NCBI GenBank assembly: GCA_900550445.1
Contig: URSF01000008.1
Location: forward strand, 787 to 64,786
Length of the DNA: 64,000 bases
Direction: 5' to 3'
Source of the DNA: an uncultured Rhodospirillaceae bacterium
GTDB lineage: Bacteria; Pseudomonadota; Alphaproteobacteria; CAAGCB01; CAG-977
Position 1 is the stretch's first letter. The number at the start of each line of letters is the position of its first letter. Below, one piece after another: positions 44,769-54,764 of the stretch. The position numbers were made by a program, and so were the translations under genes. The notes under the pieces were generated by a model. It had not been told where the DNA came from and did no database searches. It was given only the letters and a program-made list of their open reading frames with translations.

Positions 44769-45903
44769 AAAAAACAGAATGGGTATCTTTTGCAATCTTT
44801 TCTAAAAAAAGCCTTATCGGTTTTTCAACAAAAGCATAACAGATAATACCGACACTTACGGTAATGATTATACATAATATATAAATACCCATCATTGCGA
44901 TATCAGGCAAGTTTGACAAATCTGAATAAAAGAATTCAATTCCTTTTCTAAAAAAAATAAAACAGACTTCTTGCATTATATATGTTGCGTAAGAAATATC
45001 TCCTAATTTTCCAAAAAATTTGCGATCTAAAAAATTTGACAGATAAGATTTTTTCAACATAAATACCAGAATCAGAGCTGCAATGCTCAGCGTCATCAGC
45101 AGATCATTTTGATATTTAAAATAATGAAAAGCCACATTCCTGAAAACAAAGATAAACAGTACTGTTTCAATGATACCAAAAATCATTTTTTCTTTTTTGA
45201 TCGGGGAAAGAAAATGTTTTGATAAAATATCATACATATGTCCCACACCCAATCCCAACCCCATTTCTGAGACAGCCCGCAACATTCCAAAATTGAGCAA
45301 AGAGTAAAATGTCGGTTTAAGATGAGCGTTAAAGGATCCGTTGTTTCCATGAACCATTAAAACAAAAGCGAAATAAGCGATTAAAGAGACCGTCAGAAAA
45401 AATCCTCGCTCCGAAAGAACAGAGTGTAAAATATAATAAAATAGACAGCTCCAGAACAGAGAAGAAACAAACCATGCCGAAGCATTATTGCCAAAAACCA
45501 ACGTCAATCCACTGTTTTGTAAAAATAGTAAATTTAATATATTACTGTATTTTTCAAATGCGACCAATTCGAGTAATGAAGCGCACCAAAAACAAAAGAT
45601 GGAAAAAAATAACAGAGGCCATAAGCGCATAAACTTTTTCCAGACAAAAGAATTTATACTATTTGGCGACCTTTTAAGAGTTCTTTGCAACCAGACACCA
45701 CTGAGTATAAAAAAGAATTCAACCCCCATGTATCCTTTTGCGGCATATGAACGCATTGTAGCTATCAGCGGGGACACGTGAACAAAATCAACAAACAATC
45801 CCGTCAAACAGGAGAGGTGATGATTTATAATGACGAGCGCGAACAGAAATCTTAAAAAATCCAAATTATAAAATCTGGTTGCGGATTCTTTATCTTTCCA
45901 CAT
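44767..45903 (-). CDS. acyltransferase family 3 membrane O-acyltransferase
   Basis: 378 aa with ~10 TM. N-terminal RFYNLDFLRFLFALVIINHH is typical of OafA/Acyl_transf_3 proteins. 14-nt overlap with the upstream gene. Confidence 0.85.
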   Translation of the reverse strand: MWKDKESATRFYNLDFLRFLFALVIINHHLSCLTGLFVDFVHVSPLIATMRSYAAKGYMGVEFFFILSGVWLQRTLKRSPNSINSFVWKKFMRLWPLLFFSIFCFWCASLLELVAFEKYSNILNLLFLQNSGLTLVFGNNASAWFVSSLFWSCLFYYILHSVLSERGFFLTVSLIAYFAFVLMVHGNNGSFNAHLKPTFYSLLNFGMLRAVSEMGLGLGVGHMYDILSKHFLSPIKKEKMIFGIIETVLFIFVFRNVAFHYFKYQNDLLMTLSIAALILVFMLKKSYLSNFLDRKFFGKLGDISYATYIMQEVCFIFFRKGIEFFYSDLSNLPDIAMMGIYILCIIITVSVGIICYAFVEKPIRLFLEKIAKDTHSVF

Positions 45904-47074
45904 TTATGATCCTTGATAATTCTTTGATTAAATCATGCCCGTCCCAAATCACATCAATGTTCAGAGCTTTTCCTATAGGAACAATACGATCAATTCCTCG
46001 TGTATTTGAAGCGATAAGAGCGCTGCACAATTTTTCAGGATCAATGCCGAAATATGTAATTGTCTGAAATTTTTCTGTAATGACTGCGAATAATTCTTTT
46101 TCGTCCTTTAAAGCGTATTCGAAAAAATATCCGCCTTTGCCGCGGTGATTGACAATGTCCGACGTTAATGTTTTCAATTCTTCGCGATACAGCAAATTAT
46201 CATGATGCGTGCAGCGTTCCATATTATTGTTTAAAATGCTTTCCGTACAAAACAGTGTATATTTATCAACCGCAACAGCATCTTGCAGCGTGTATTTTTC
46301 TCGGGCTGTACGCTCTGCCGCCGTCCAGAATTTTTCACGAGCCGCCTTGCTGTCGTTCAGCCACAAGATTGTTTGTGCGGAAGAACAGGCATTCTGATCC
46401 ATCAGCCACGTGTCGTTATAAAAGTTCTCGGATAAACGTTTCATTTGCGTTTCATCAGCATTTAAAACGGCGTCGGCATCAATCATCGCAATCGAGTACC
46501 GGTCGGCAAAAGCAATATCAACGCATCTGGGAAGGGCCGGCAGAGATTTAATGTTTTCGATTGTTTTGTCTCCTCCCCAGATCATACGCGCGTCCGCGAT
46601 TTTACAAAACTCTGCCGTTATTTCGTCACTGCGGGGGTAACGTACAAAAGCCGTTCTTTTTTCAATTTCCGGATATCTTTGCAATATTTCTTTTATTGTT
46701 GCGCACAAAGCGTCAACCTGCGGAAAAATTTTAGACGGCAAACGGACAATGTTTGCGTTGCCGGCCAATAATCCGAATACATATGTAAAAGCAAAATTGA
46801 CGGGAATATTTGACGGTGCGATATGAAAACACAGTCCGCGCCCCAAACGTCTTTCCGTCGAACCGAAATCGGATTTTAATTTTTGCAGGTTGGCTTTACG
46901 TCCCCAAAAAGCCAACGCCGACAAATCGGGAAAAACACGTATCAAAGGCGATTTCATCAGTGTCGCAGATATTTCCGCGATAAAAGCGCATACGCTGTCG
47001 TTGTAAACAGGCAGTGGAGTCCGATTTATATCCGACGTTCCGACAATATAATCAACGTTTTTCATAGGTATCAC
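45890..47074 (-). CDS. LuxC-like acyl-CoA/acyl-ACP reductase
   Basis: 394 aa. HIAPSNIPVNFAFTYVFGLLAGNANIVRLPSK resembles the LuxC family core. Confidence 0.7.
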   Translation of the reverse strand: MIPMKNVDYIVGTSDINRTPLPVYNDSVCAFIAEISATLMKSPLIRVFPDLSALAFWGRKANLQKLKSDFGSTERRLGRGLCFHIAPSNIPVNFAFTYVFGLLAGNANIVRLPSKIFPQVDALCATIKEILQRYPEIEKRTAFVRYPRSDEITAEFCKIADARMIWGGDKTIENIKSLPALPRCVDIAFADRYSIAMIDADAVLNADETQMKRLSENFYNDTWLMDQNACSSAQTILWLNDSKAAREKFWTAAERTAREKYTLQDAVAVDKYTLFCTESILNNNMERCTHHDNLLYREELKTLTSDIVNHRGKGGYFFEYALKDEKELFAVITEKFQTITYFGIDPEKLCSALIASNTRGIDRIVPIGKALNIDVIWDGHDLIKELSRIINVER

Positions 47075-48128
47075 TGCACCCTCTCAATTCAGCGCTTTTA
47101 ATGCGCCCGTGAATTTTGAAATACTTTCCTTTACGCCCGCAGGGACAATTGTCAATACCTAAAATTTCACCTTCATCTTCGGTTAATAAAACGTGACCGG
47201 GGTACGATGTAGGCAAAACGGATAATAATTCCATCAGCCCTTTTTCTCCGATATCGGCGGAACTGAAATCTTTGGGACGGCGAATAATTACGTCGGAATA
47301 ATTGGAACAGTGCATATGCCCGTGTTCGCATTCGACAAAAACGGATCCAAGTTGTTCCGCCATTCCGTAGTAATTATAAACTTTGACATTTCCTAATCTT
47401 GCTTGCACACGGCGGTTAAATTCCAAAGCGTCAACCGCTTGGTCTTTTAATTTTTTCCAACCGCCGATATGAAATAAAACGGCGTTTTGCGCATTGAATG
47501 AGATATTTTTTTCTTCCAAAGCGCGAACAACAAACTGCCAAATCATATACGTGTAGCCGAACATTAAAATCGGTTCGTTTTTGTGTTCTTCAAAAAAAGA
47601 GGAAACCTTCTCAAGATCAATATTCATTTCGGCGTCCAAAGCGTAAGTGCTGTTACGCCCGAAAATCGAAAAACCGATAATGCCGGCGCCTCTGGCGGAA
47701 TACATCGACCGGTCTTTTTTTATCATTTCCGTGTCCAGCAACAATAAAGGCAAACGCTGTTTGCCGATAAACGAAGAGATAATCTCATTGAGTGTTTTGC
47801 TTTGAGCTCGAACGTTATCCGCGCTTAAAAAAATCTTGGACACAGCTTGACCGGACGTCCCTGACGAAGTCAGTGTCTTTGTGATTTGTTCTTGAGGAAC
47901 GGATCGTAATTCAAACTCTTTAAACAACCGGACGGGAATAAAAGGAAGCTCTGCACAGGTATGATTTTTTGACGCATCGAAAGACAAAGCGTTTAATATC
48001 CGAGCGTATTCGGGACAGTTGGCGTAATGCCAATGTGTCAAATCCGATAGGATTTCAGACAAAGCCCGTTCTTTTTGAGAAGCTCCAAGCGAATAAGGAG
48101 CCAATTGAAACAAATCATTCAACGTCAT
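47052..48128 (-). CDS. LuxE-like acyl-protein synthetase (adenylate-forming)
   Basis: 358 aa. TSSGTSGQAVSKIF P-loop-like motif, HWHYANCPEYARIL N-terminal block, and C-terminal C..CGRKGKYFKIHGR. Confidence 0.7.
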   Translation of the reverse strand: MTLNDLFQLAPYSLGASQKERALSEILSDLTHWHYANCPEYARILNALSFDASKNHTCAELPFIPVRLFKEFELRSVPQEQITKTLTSSGTSGQAVSKIFLSADNVRAQSKTLNEIISSFIGKQRLPLLLLDTEMIKKDRSMYSARGAGIIGFSIFGRNSTYALDAEMNIDLEKVSSFFEEHKNEPILMFGYTYMIWQFVVRALEEKNISFNAQNAVLFHIGGWKKLKDQAVDALEFNRRVQARLGNVKVYNYYGMAEQLGSVFVECEHGHMHCSNYSDVIIRRPKDFSSADIGEKGLMELLSVLPTSYPGHVLLTEDEGEILGIDNCPCGRKGKYFKIHGRIKSAELRGCSDTYEKR

Positions 48129-48765
48129 GACTTACCTCTTTAATAAAGATATCCTGCGGTTCGGAAAAAACGGCTCCAAAAGCCGCATAAACATTCATTA
48201 CGGCAGTGTTTTGCGTACTGATACGTCCTTCTAATTTTTTATAACCGCGTTGTTTCGCAACTTTACAGGCGTTGGCGTATAAAGCCATTGCCGCTCCTGT
48301 CATGCGGTATTTTTCAGATACGGCGGCCAAATGTACAAACAGTGTATCCGCAGATGTTTCTTTCAAAGCCAAAAATCCGATCGGCAATTCTTTAAACAAA
48401 GCCACAAAAACCGCGTCTAATTCATCTACCCATTGTTTTAAAACCATTCCGGAAATATCTGTCGAACAATCGGGAAGTATATGAAAACGGCGATCATAAA
48501 CAAAAGATTCAACCGCTATTTTCAGAATATCCTCTTTGTATCGTGTCGTTTCGATAATCGGCAAACGGATAAACTTATCCAGATCCGTCTCGCATTTCGC
48601 AAGGCTGATAGCCGTTTTAACCGTTCTGTCGGCTAAAAAAAATCCTTGACGCTGATATATCGTCTCCGTTTCGGCATTTGTCGGTTTGACGATGCGCAAA
48701 ACCGAAACACCGTCGGTTTTTGTTTCATCATCGCTTATTACGATATTGCCATACGTTAAAATCAT
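48115..48765 (-). CDS. GNAT-fold acyltransferase
   Basis: 216 aa. Acyl-CoA-binding core HLAAVSEKYRMTGAAMALYANACKVAKQRGYKKLEGRISTQNTAVMNVY. Confidence 0.6.
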   Translation of the reverse strand: MILTYGNIVISDDETKTDGVSVLRIVKPTNAETETIYQRQGFFLADRTVKTAISLAKCETDLDKFIRLPIIETTRYKEDILKIAVESFVYDRRFHILPDCSTDISGMVLKQWVDELDAVFVALFKELPIGFLALKETSADTLFVHLAAVSEKYRMTGAAMALYANACKVAKQRGYKKLEGRISTQNTAVMNVYAAFGAVFSEPQDIFIKEVSHDVE

Positions 48766-50195
48766 TTATCATCTAATTCCGCATAAAGTGTTTTACCGGC
48801 ATCGTTTTTAGGAATTTCAGCCAAGTATTCAACGTGAAACGCCGTAAAATTCAAATGTGTTTTTTCCGCTACAAAAGACTGAATTTCTTTTAACTTTGTT
48901 TCGTCGGTGATAAAAATTTTCATTGCGTCGTCTTTGCCTGCGCAAGCACAATCAAAGTCCGGATAATGCGTTTTAATTAGCCGTTCCGTTTCATCAAGAT
49001 TGACGCGATTGCCGAAAATTTTTAAAAATCGCTTTTTGCGACCGACAATATAAAAATATCCGTCAGCATCGAATTTAGCCATGTCACCTGTTTGCAATAT
49101 TCCGCCGCGTTCGTCGCCTTTAATCAAATCTTCTCCGCAAACGGCATAGCCGAGTGTAACGTTATCGCCTTTATAGAGCAATTCCCCGACCGTGTCAGGT
49201 GTCGTGATTTGCTCTCCTTTGTCGTCAATCAAAGTCAGCGTGCCGCCCGGAATCGCGATGCCCATCGATCCCTTTTTCACCAAAGCTTTATCCGCCGGCA
49301 AATATGCCATGCGTGCGGTTGCTTCCGCTTGTCCGTACATGACAACGAACTTTTTTCCTTCTCGTTCAGCATATTCCGCGAATTTTTGATGCAAGTCGGG
49401 CAGGATTTTACCGCCGGCTTGGGTCATTGTCCGCAAATCAGGCAGTTTTCTGCGAAAGAACATTAGCTTGTCCAACATTTCGTAAGTATATGGCACACCG
49501 CCGAAAGAAGTCGCTTTCTGTTTCGTAAACAAATTCCAAAACTCGCGCTGCATCAATGTTGATCGAGTAAGGATAATGGTGGCTCCTACCGCAAAATGCG
49601 TATTGATAATCGATAAACCGTAAGTGTAGTTCATCGGCAATGTCGTAATCGCGCGTTCCGTTGAATCCAAGGCTAAATATTCAACGATAGATGACGTGTT
49701 CGCTTTGATGTTTTTATAGCTTTGGCGCACAAACTTGGGTGATCCCGTCGACCCAGAAGTCGTCAGCAGTAAAGCCAATTCTTCATACAACGGATAAACG
49801 TGCTCGTCTGTTCGTTTAAGCAATGAGTAGCCGTTTGAAGAATAGATGATATCCCCTGTGAAATCTTTGGTTTTGTCTGAAGGCAGCCAAAGATAATCGG
49901 GTTTGTAATGATTTAGAAAATTATTCAATAATTCTAAATCAATATGCTCATCCAACATCAACGGCACAATACCGTGATTTAAAAAAGCGATATATCCGAT
50001 CAAAGATCCGATTGTATTGGAACATAAGTTGAAAACCAAACAACGGGAAGGGATATGCGCAACCAAAGCTTTTGCCGCTTCGTCGATTTGCGCGTAAGAA
50101 AATGTTTCTTCGTTTTCGGTTACAACCGCTGTTTTATCTTTAAACTCAAGCAAATTCCACATTGTATTTTGCAAGGATTTCTTTCCCTTTTTCAT
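48762..50195 (-). CDS. AMP-dependent synthetase/ligase (ACP-loading type)
   Basis: 477 aa. LLLTTSGSTGSPKFV (A3), YGQAE, GDMAKFDADGYFYIVGRKKRFLKIFGNRV (A8). The start is uncertain because the ORF overlaps the ACP gene end. Confidence 0.9.
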   Translation of the reverse strand: MKKGKKSLQNTMWNLLEFKDKTAVVTENEETFSYAQIDEAAKALVAHIPSRCLVFNLCSNTIGSLIGYIAFLNHGIVPLMLDEHIDLELLNNFLNHYKPDYLWLPSDKTKDFTGDIIYSSNGYSLLKRTDEHVYPLYEELALLLTTSGSTGSPKFVRQSYKNIKANTSSIVEYLALDSTERAITTLPMNYTYGLSIINTHFAVGATIILTRSTLMQREFWNLFTKQKATSFGGVPYTYEMLDKLMFFRRKLPDLRTMTQAGGKILPDLHQKFAEYAEREGKKFVVMYGQAEATARMAYLPADKALVKKGSMGIAIPGGTLTLIDDKGEQITTPDTVGELLYKGDNVTLGYAVCGEDLIKGDERGGILQTGDMAKFDADGYFYIVGRKKRFLKIFGNRVNLDETERLIKTHYPDFDCACAGKDDAMKIFITDETKLKEIQSFVAEKTHLNFTAFHVEYLAEIPKNDAGKTLYAELDDK

Positions 50196-50385
50196 AGCTG
50201 TTTAAATCGACGATGTCGTCGGGTTCCAACATAATGTCGAAAGCCTCTTCAATTTGGGCGACCAACCCCATGTGACCGACAGAATCCCATGCATCAATTG
50301 CTTGAAATGTCAGGCTTTTGGCTGTTTCAGGCTCTATATCAAAAGCCTGACAAAATGCGTTGGCGTATTTTTCTTCGTTTGTCAT
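50146..50385 (-). CDS. acyl carrier protein
   Basis: 79 aa. Phosphopantetheine site AWDSVGHMGLV. Confidence 0.85.
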   Translation of the reverse strand: MTNEEKYANAFCQAFDIEPETAKSLTFQAIDAWDSVGHMGLVAQIEEAFDIMLEPDDIVDLNSYEKGKEILAKYNVEFA

Positions 50386-51362
50386 TTACAAATCTCCTCA
50401 TAAGTGTTTTTTATTTTTAAAGCAATTTTTTCGGGCGTAAGATCATGAACGTCATGCATATAAGCATACTCTCCGGCATGCGGATAAAATGGCTTCGTCC
50501 CGATTATTAAATGCGCGGGACGTTGGCTTTTTAACGCCATCGTTTCTTCAATCGCACTGCCTAATCCCCCGATTGTCGAATGTTCCTCAACGGAAACAAT
50601 CAATTTTGCATCACAGGCGGTTGTAACAGCCTGAACGTCTAAAGGCTTGATGGTATGGATATCAACCACTTTAACGGATATATCGTTTTCTTCAAGCTTT
50701 TCAGCGGCTTTTAACGCATTATGAACCATACTTCCCGTCGCCATTATGACAACATCTGAACCGTCGCGCAAAGTTATCGCTTTACCGATTTCAAAATCGA
50801 AATCTTTTTGATACACGATCGGATTATTCATTGTTCCCGACAAACGAAGGTATACGGGAGCGGAAATCTTTGCCGCCGCTTCCACGGCCTTTTCCGTTTC
50901 CAATCCGTCGGCCGGAGAAAGAATGATCATATTATTGATCGCCCGAAGAGCCGCAATATCTTCCAATGCATAATGCGTTGTCCCGAACATACCAAATGAA
51001 AATCCGGCGCCAAAACCGACCAGTTTCACATTTTCGCGCATATATCCCAAAAAGTGCCGAACCTGTTCACAAGAACGTAACGACGCAAAGTTTGAAAATG
51101 TCGCCGCAAACGGTATTTTGCCGCAAGAAGCCAGTCCGGCCGCAATTCCGATCATATTTTGTTCGGCAATTCCGGTATTATAAAAACGTTGCGGAAAAGT
51201 CTTTTGGAATCTGTCCAGTCCGGAGGTATTACATAAATCCGCCGCTAACGCGACGATATTTTCGTTTTGTTCAGCCAATCGCGTTAAGGTTGTTCCAAAA
51301 ACCCCTCTTTGCCCTAACATGGATAAAGTACGCAAATAAGAAGGTTTAATTTCCATAACCAC
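50382..51362 (-). CDS. transketolase, C-terminal (pyrimidine-binding) subunit
   Basis: 326 aa. FYNTGIAEQNMIGIAAGLA and the FGMFGTTHYALEDIA blocks. Confidence 0.9.
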   Translation of the reverse strand: MVMEIKPSYLRTLSMLGQRGVFGTTLTRLAEQNENIVALAADLCNTSGLDRFQKTFPQRFYNTGIAEQNMIGIAAGLASCGKIPFAATFSNFASLRSCEQVRHFLGYMRENVKLVGFGAGFSFGMFGTTHYALEDIAALRAINNMIILSPADGLETEKAVEAAAKISAPVYLRLSGTMNNPIVYQKDFDFEIGKAITLRDGSDVVIMATGSMVHNALKAAEKLEENDISVKVVDIHTIKPLDVQAVTTACDAKLIVSVEEHSTIGGLGSAIEETMALKSQRPAHLIIGTKPFYPHAGEYAYMHDVHDLTPEKIALKIKNTYEEICK

Positions 51363-52140
51363 CCTCCGTTATTTCTGAAATCGCCTGCGTTAGCTGTGCT
51401 TGTGTTAATTTCCCGTGATGCCATTCGCGGGCGTTTTCCATAAAAGAAACGCCTTTTCCTTTAACCGTATGCGCCAAAATGACTTTCGGTTGATTATGTG
51501 CTTGCGACAATTTGATTTTTAACGCTTGCACATCATGTCCGTTACATTCTTCAACAATCCAACCGCAAGCTTCCCACATTTTTTTTATATCAAACGTTAA
51601 AATGTCAGCGGATTTCCCATCTGCCTGCATTCCGTTCAGATCGACAATGACGGTCAAATCTTGGATTTTCCGATGACCGGCGAACATGGCACTTTCCCAA
51701 ATGCTGCCTTCGTTACATTCTCCGTCACCTAAAATGACGAAAACCCTTCTTCCCGCCAAAGCCAAACCGATGCCGTAAGACAAGCCCATACCCAGACTGC
51801 CGCCTGAAAATTCAATTCTTTTTTCAATGTTTTTTGACGGTTGTCCCGGAAAGTCGCCTCCGTTTTCTTCAAAAGAATCATAGTCTTTCTGCGAAATCAA
51901 ACCGGTTTCATACAATGCGGCGTACAAAGCCAATCCGGCATGACCTTTGCTTAAAATCAAACGATCCCGCGCTTCGTCAAAAGGATCGGATTTATTATAT
52001 TTTAATATGCCGTTATATAATGCCGTCAGTATTTCCACACATGATAAAGACGGCGCAATATGCGCGCCGTTATTACCGGCTTTAAAAGCGGACGTCAGAA
52101 TATTTTTACGCATGTTTTCAGCAAATGTCACATCTTCCAT
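51346..52140 (-). CDS. transketolase, N-terminal (ThDP-binding) subunit
   Basis: 264 aa. HIAPSLSCVEIL, SKGHAGLALYA and the ThDP motif GDGECNEGSIWE. Confidence 0.9.
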   Translation of the reverse strand: MEDVTFAENMRKNILTSAFKAGNNGAHIAPSLSCVEILTALYNGILKYNKSDPFDEARDRLILSKGHAGLALYAALYETGLISQKDYDSFEENGGDFPGQPSKNIEKRIEFSGGSLGMGLSYGIGLALAGRRVFVILGDGECNEGSIWESAMFAGHRKIQDLTVIVDLNGMQADGKSADILTFDIKKMWEACGWIVEECNGHDVQALKIKLSQAHNQPKVILAHTVKGKGVSFMENAREWHHGKLTQAQLTQAISEITEGGYGN

Positions 52141-52901
52141 TATAAACCTCCGTCTATGCGAATCACCTGGCCATTAATGAAGGACGATCTGTCCGAAGCT
52201 AAAAAAACGGCCGTGTCCGCAACTTCTTTCGGCGTGCCAAAACGTTTCATCGGCGTTAAATCTTTAGTCTTTTCCAATTCGTCAGCGGGCATCGTTTGCA
52301 AGATTTCTGTTTCAATCACACCGGGAGCAATACAATTCGATCGTATGCCTTGCGCCCCCAATTCATTGGCGATAACGCGCGACATCGCGATTAAAGCCGC
52401 CTTGGCCGAACCATATATCGCTTTCCCGGGATTCCCGTCCAATGCCGCCATGGAAGCTATGTTCACAATACTGCCGTGTCCTTGACGAACCATCAAATTG
52501 GAAATCATTTGCGTTAAGAAAAACGGCGCAAAAAAGTCCGTTTCAAAAATATCTCTCAAAGCTTTTTCTGCGGACATTTGAAACGAAGCGTTATGCATCA
52601 CGCCGGCATTGTTTATCAAAGCGTCCACCGGCAATTTTGAAGATCGAATTGATATGATCGCTTTTTTTACCGCTTCTTTGTCCGTCATATCAAAATAAAC
52701 GGGGCGAATTTCGATTTGATGTTTTACAGACAAATCCGAAACCAACTTGATAAAATCGGGCGTTTCCCGACGCGCATGAGCCCATACGGAAGCACCGTTC
52801 TCGACGCATTTTTCTAAAATGGCTTTGCCGATTCCACGATTCGTTCCCGTAATTAAAATATTTTTTCCTCTAAGCATTGTTTCCTTCCTTAAAGAAATCA
52901 A
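52140..52901 (-). CDS. SDR-family oxidoreductase (FabG-like)
   Basis: TGTNRGIG cofactor motif, NNAG, YGSAKAA catalytic YxxxK. Confidence 0.9.
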   Translation of the reverse strand: MISLRKETMLRGKNILITGTNRGIGKAILEKCVENGASVWAHARRETPDFIKLVSDLSVKHQIEIRPVYFDMTDKEAVKKAIISIRSSKLPVDALINNAGVMHNASFQMSAEKALRDIFETDFFAPFFLTQMISNLMVRQGHGSIVNIASMAALDGNPGKAIYGSAKAALIAMSRVIANELGAQGIRSNCIAPGVIETEILQTMPADELEKTKDLTPMKRFGTPKEVADTAVFLASDRSSFINGQVIRIDGGL

Positions 52902-54012
52902 TCCAATACTTGATTTTTTCTTCTCGCGTCATTTTATCCGAAGGCGTCTGATATAAACGAATCCCCCCGACATAAGTTTTAGACGTATTAACAACGCAAA
53001 ATCCCCAAGACAATCCCACACCGAATGTCGCCATACATAATGTGTTGACCGGATTATCCTTTAACTGTCTGCAAATGTCGGTCGTCACCGAAGCCGAACT
53101 GCAATTGCCATACTGTGTGAACGTTTCCGTCGACCATTTTTCCTTAGGCAGTTTGGCATACATGGCAACAGTTCGCACAATCTGTTTGTTTGCCTGATGG
53201 AACGCAAAATAATCAATCTCTTCCGTTTTTTTGCCGGCATATTCCAAAATTTCGTTAATACCGCGGGGACCGACGTCCGTTGTAAACTTAAAAACGTCCA
53301 TACCCTTCATGATATCGTCCCATAAATGCCAGACATTACCCGTGGCATCTGTGATTTCCAAAGAGGAAATATCTTCGCGCACGGGCAAATCGTAACCGCC
53401 CGCGGGCGCAATCAGCTTATCCCAATCTTTTCCGCGTGTCCCCGTATAAAAATAAGCCGTGTTTTCATCATCGGTATATTCCAATAACGTCGCGGACCCC
53501 GCATCGCCGAACAACATATTGGAATTGCGATTGCGCCGATCCGAATGTCTGCTGACAATATCGCCGGCCAAAACCAAACATTTCGAAGCGGTTTTTGCCG
53601 AAATCATCGAATGAGCCAACATTAATCCGTGAACGTAAGCCGAACAAGCCAACCCGGAAACATCAAAGCAAGTGCATTCCTCTTTTAATCCCAATCTGCC
53701 GTGCAACACGCATGCGGACGCGGGATAATGATAATCATGTGAGGCGGAAACAACGATCAAAGCGTCAATCGTATTTTTATCAATATTCAAACGCTCAAAT
53801 AAATCGTTTGCGGCGGCTTCGCATAAATCCGCGTTCGTCGTGCGTTCATCGGCCACATAACGCGTCCCCAATCCCAGAATTTTTTTATTACGTTCCAACA
53901 ACTTAAGATCATTGTTAAAGAACTCGATTTCGTCATCGATATTGATAAAATGTTCCGGAACGACAGCGGTAATGCCGGTGATTTTGACGTGCTCGAACTT
54001 GGATTTAGGCAT
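52870..54012 (-). CDS. KAS III (FabH)-like condensing enzyme, copy 2
   Basis: 380 aa. Cys in DVSGLACSAYVHG, His in FHQANKQIV, Asn in YGNCSSASV. Has a ~45-aa C-terminal extension shared with copy 1. Confidence 0.85.
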   Translation of the reverse strand: MPKSKFEHVKITGITAVVPEHFINIDDEIEFFNNDLKLLERNKKILGLGTRYVADERTTNADLCEAAANDLFERLNIDKNTIDALIVVSASHDYHYPASACVLHGRLGLKEECTCFDVSGLACSAYVHGLMLAHSMISAKTASKCLVLAGDIVSRHSDRRNRNSNMLFGDAGSATLLEYTDDENTAYFYTGTRGKDWDKLIAPAGGYDLPVREDISSLEITDATGNVWHLWDDIMKGMDVFKFTTDVGPRGINEILEYAGKKTEEIDYFAFHQANKQIVRTVAMYAKLPKEKWSTETFTQYGNCSSASVTTDICRQLKDNPVNTLCMATFGVGLSWGFCVVNTSKTYVGGIRLYQTPSDKMTREEKIKYWIDFFKEGNNA

Positions 54013-54023
54013 AAAAAAACTCC

Positions 54024-54764
54024 CTAACGACTGGCGCAGTCAACAACATAATTCTGACCGGTAATCCATTTGGCCTTATCGGACAACAAAAATACGACAA
54101 CATTGGCGACATCTTGCGGTTCGCCAAACCCCATCGGATAAAATTGACGCACTTTATCCATGATTTCAGGAATTCTTTGTGTCATGGGCGTATCTATATC
54201 AGACGGTGAAACCGTATTAAAACGAATACCCTTCGGAGCAAATTCTTTGGCAATCGCCACCATGGAGGCGACCAAAGCCGCTTTTGATCCCGAATAAGAA
54301 ATAATCGCTTTGGCCGGACGGTCGTAAGCACATGATGATATGGAAACAAAGCTGGAACCGGCACCGATGTTTACGCGTTTGTCGGCAAAGCCTTTGGCCA
54401 TCATGACGGGGGCAAAATAATTAATCTCAAACAGCTGTTTCATCGCATCAACATCTAATGCGCGCAACGGACGCGTTTCCGTTATGCCGGCGCAACAGGC
54501 GACACCTTTGAATTTACCGTATTTGTCTTTCAGCATGTTCATGAATTCAGGCAAAGCCGCAACATCTTGCGCCAAATCCTTTTGTTCGCAAAAAAACTTT
54601 TCGGGAAAAGCCGCTTTGTTCCGAACAGTATCAAGAGCTGCCGCATTACGAGCGATTCCAACAACCGTCGCTCCTTTCGCGTTCAAAGTTAATGCGACAG
54701 CTTCTCCGATTCCCGAAGAAGCCCCCGTAACAATAAAAAAATCCGTGTTATTGAAGGTAGGCAC
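54024..54764 (-). CDS. SDR-family oxidoreductase
   Basis: TGASSGIG and YSGSKAA. Paralog of 56540-57271. Confidence 0.9.
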   Translation of the reverse strand: MPTFNNTDFFIVTGASSGIGEAVALTLNAKGATVVGIARNAAALDTVRNKAAFPEKFFCEQKDLAQDVAALPEFMNMLKDKYGKFKGVACCAGITETRPLRALDVDAMKQLFEINYFAPVMMAKGFADKRVNIGAGSSFVSISSCAYDRPAKAIISYSGSKAALVASMVAIAKEFAPKGIRFNTVSPSDIDTPMTQRIPEIMDKVRQFYPMGFGEPQDVANVVVFLLSDKAKWITGQNYVVDCASR

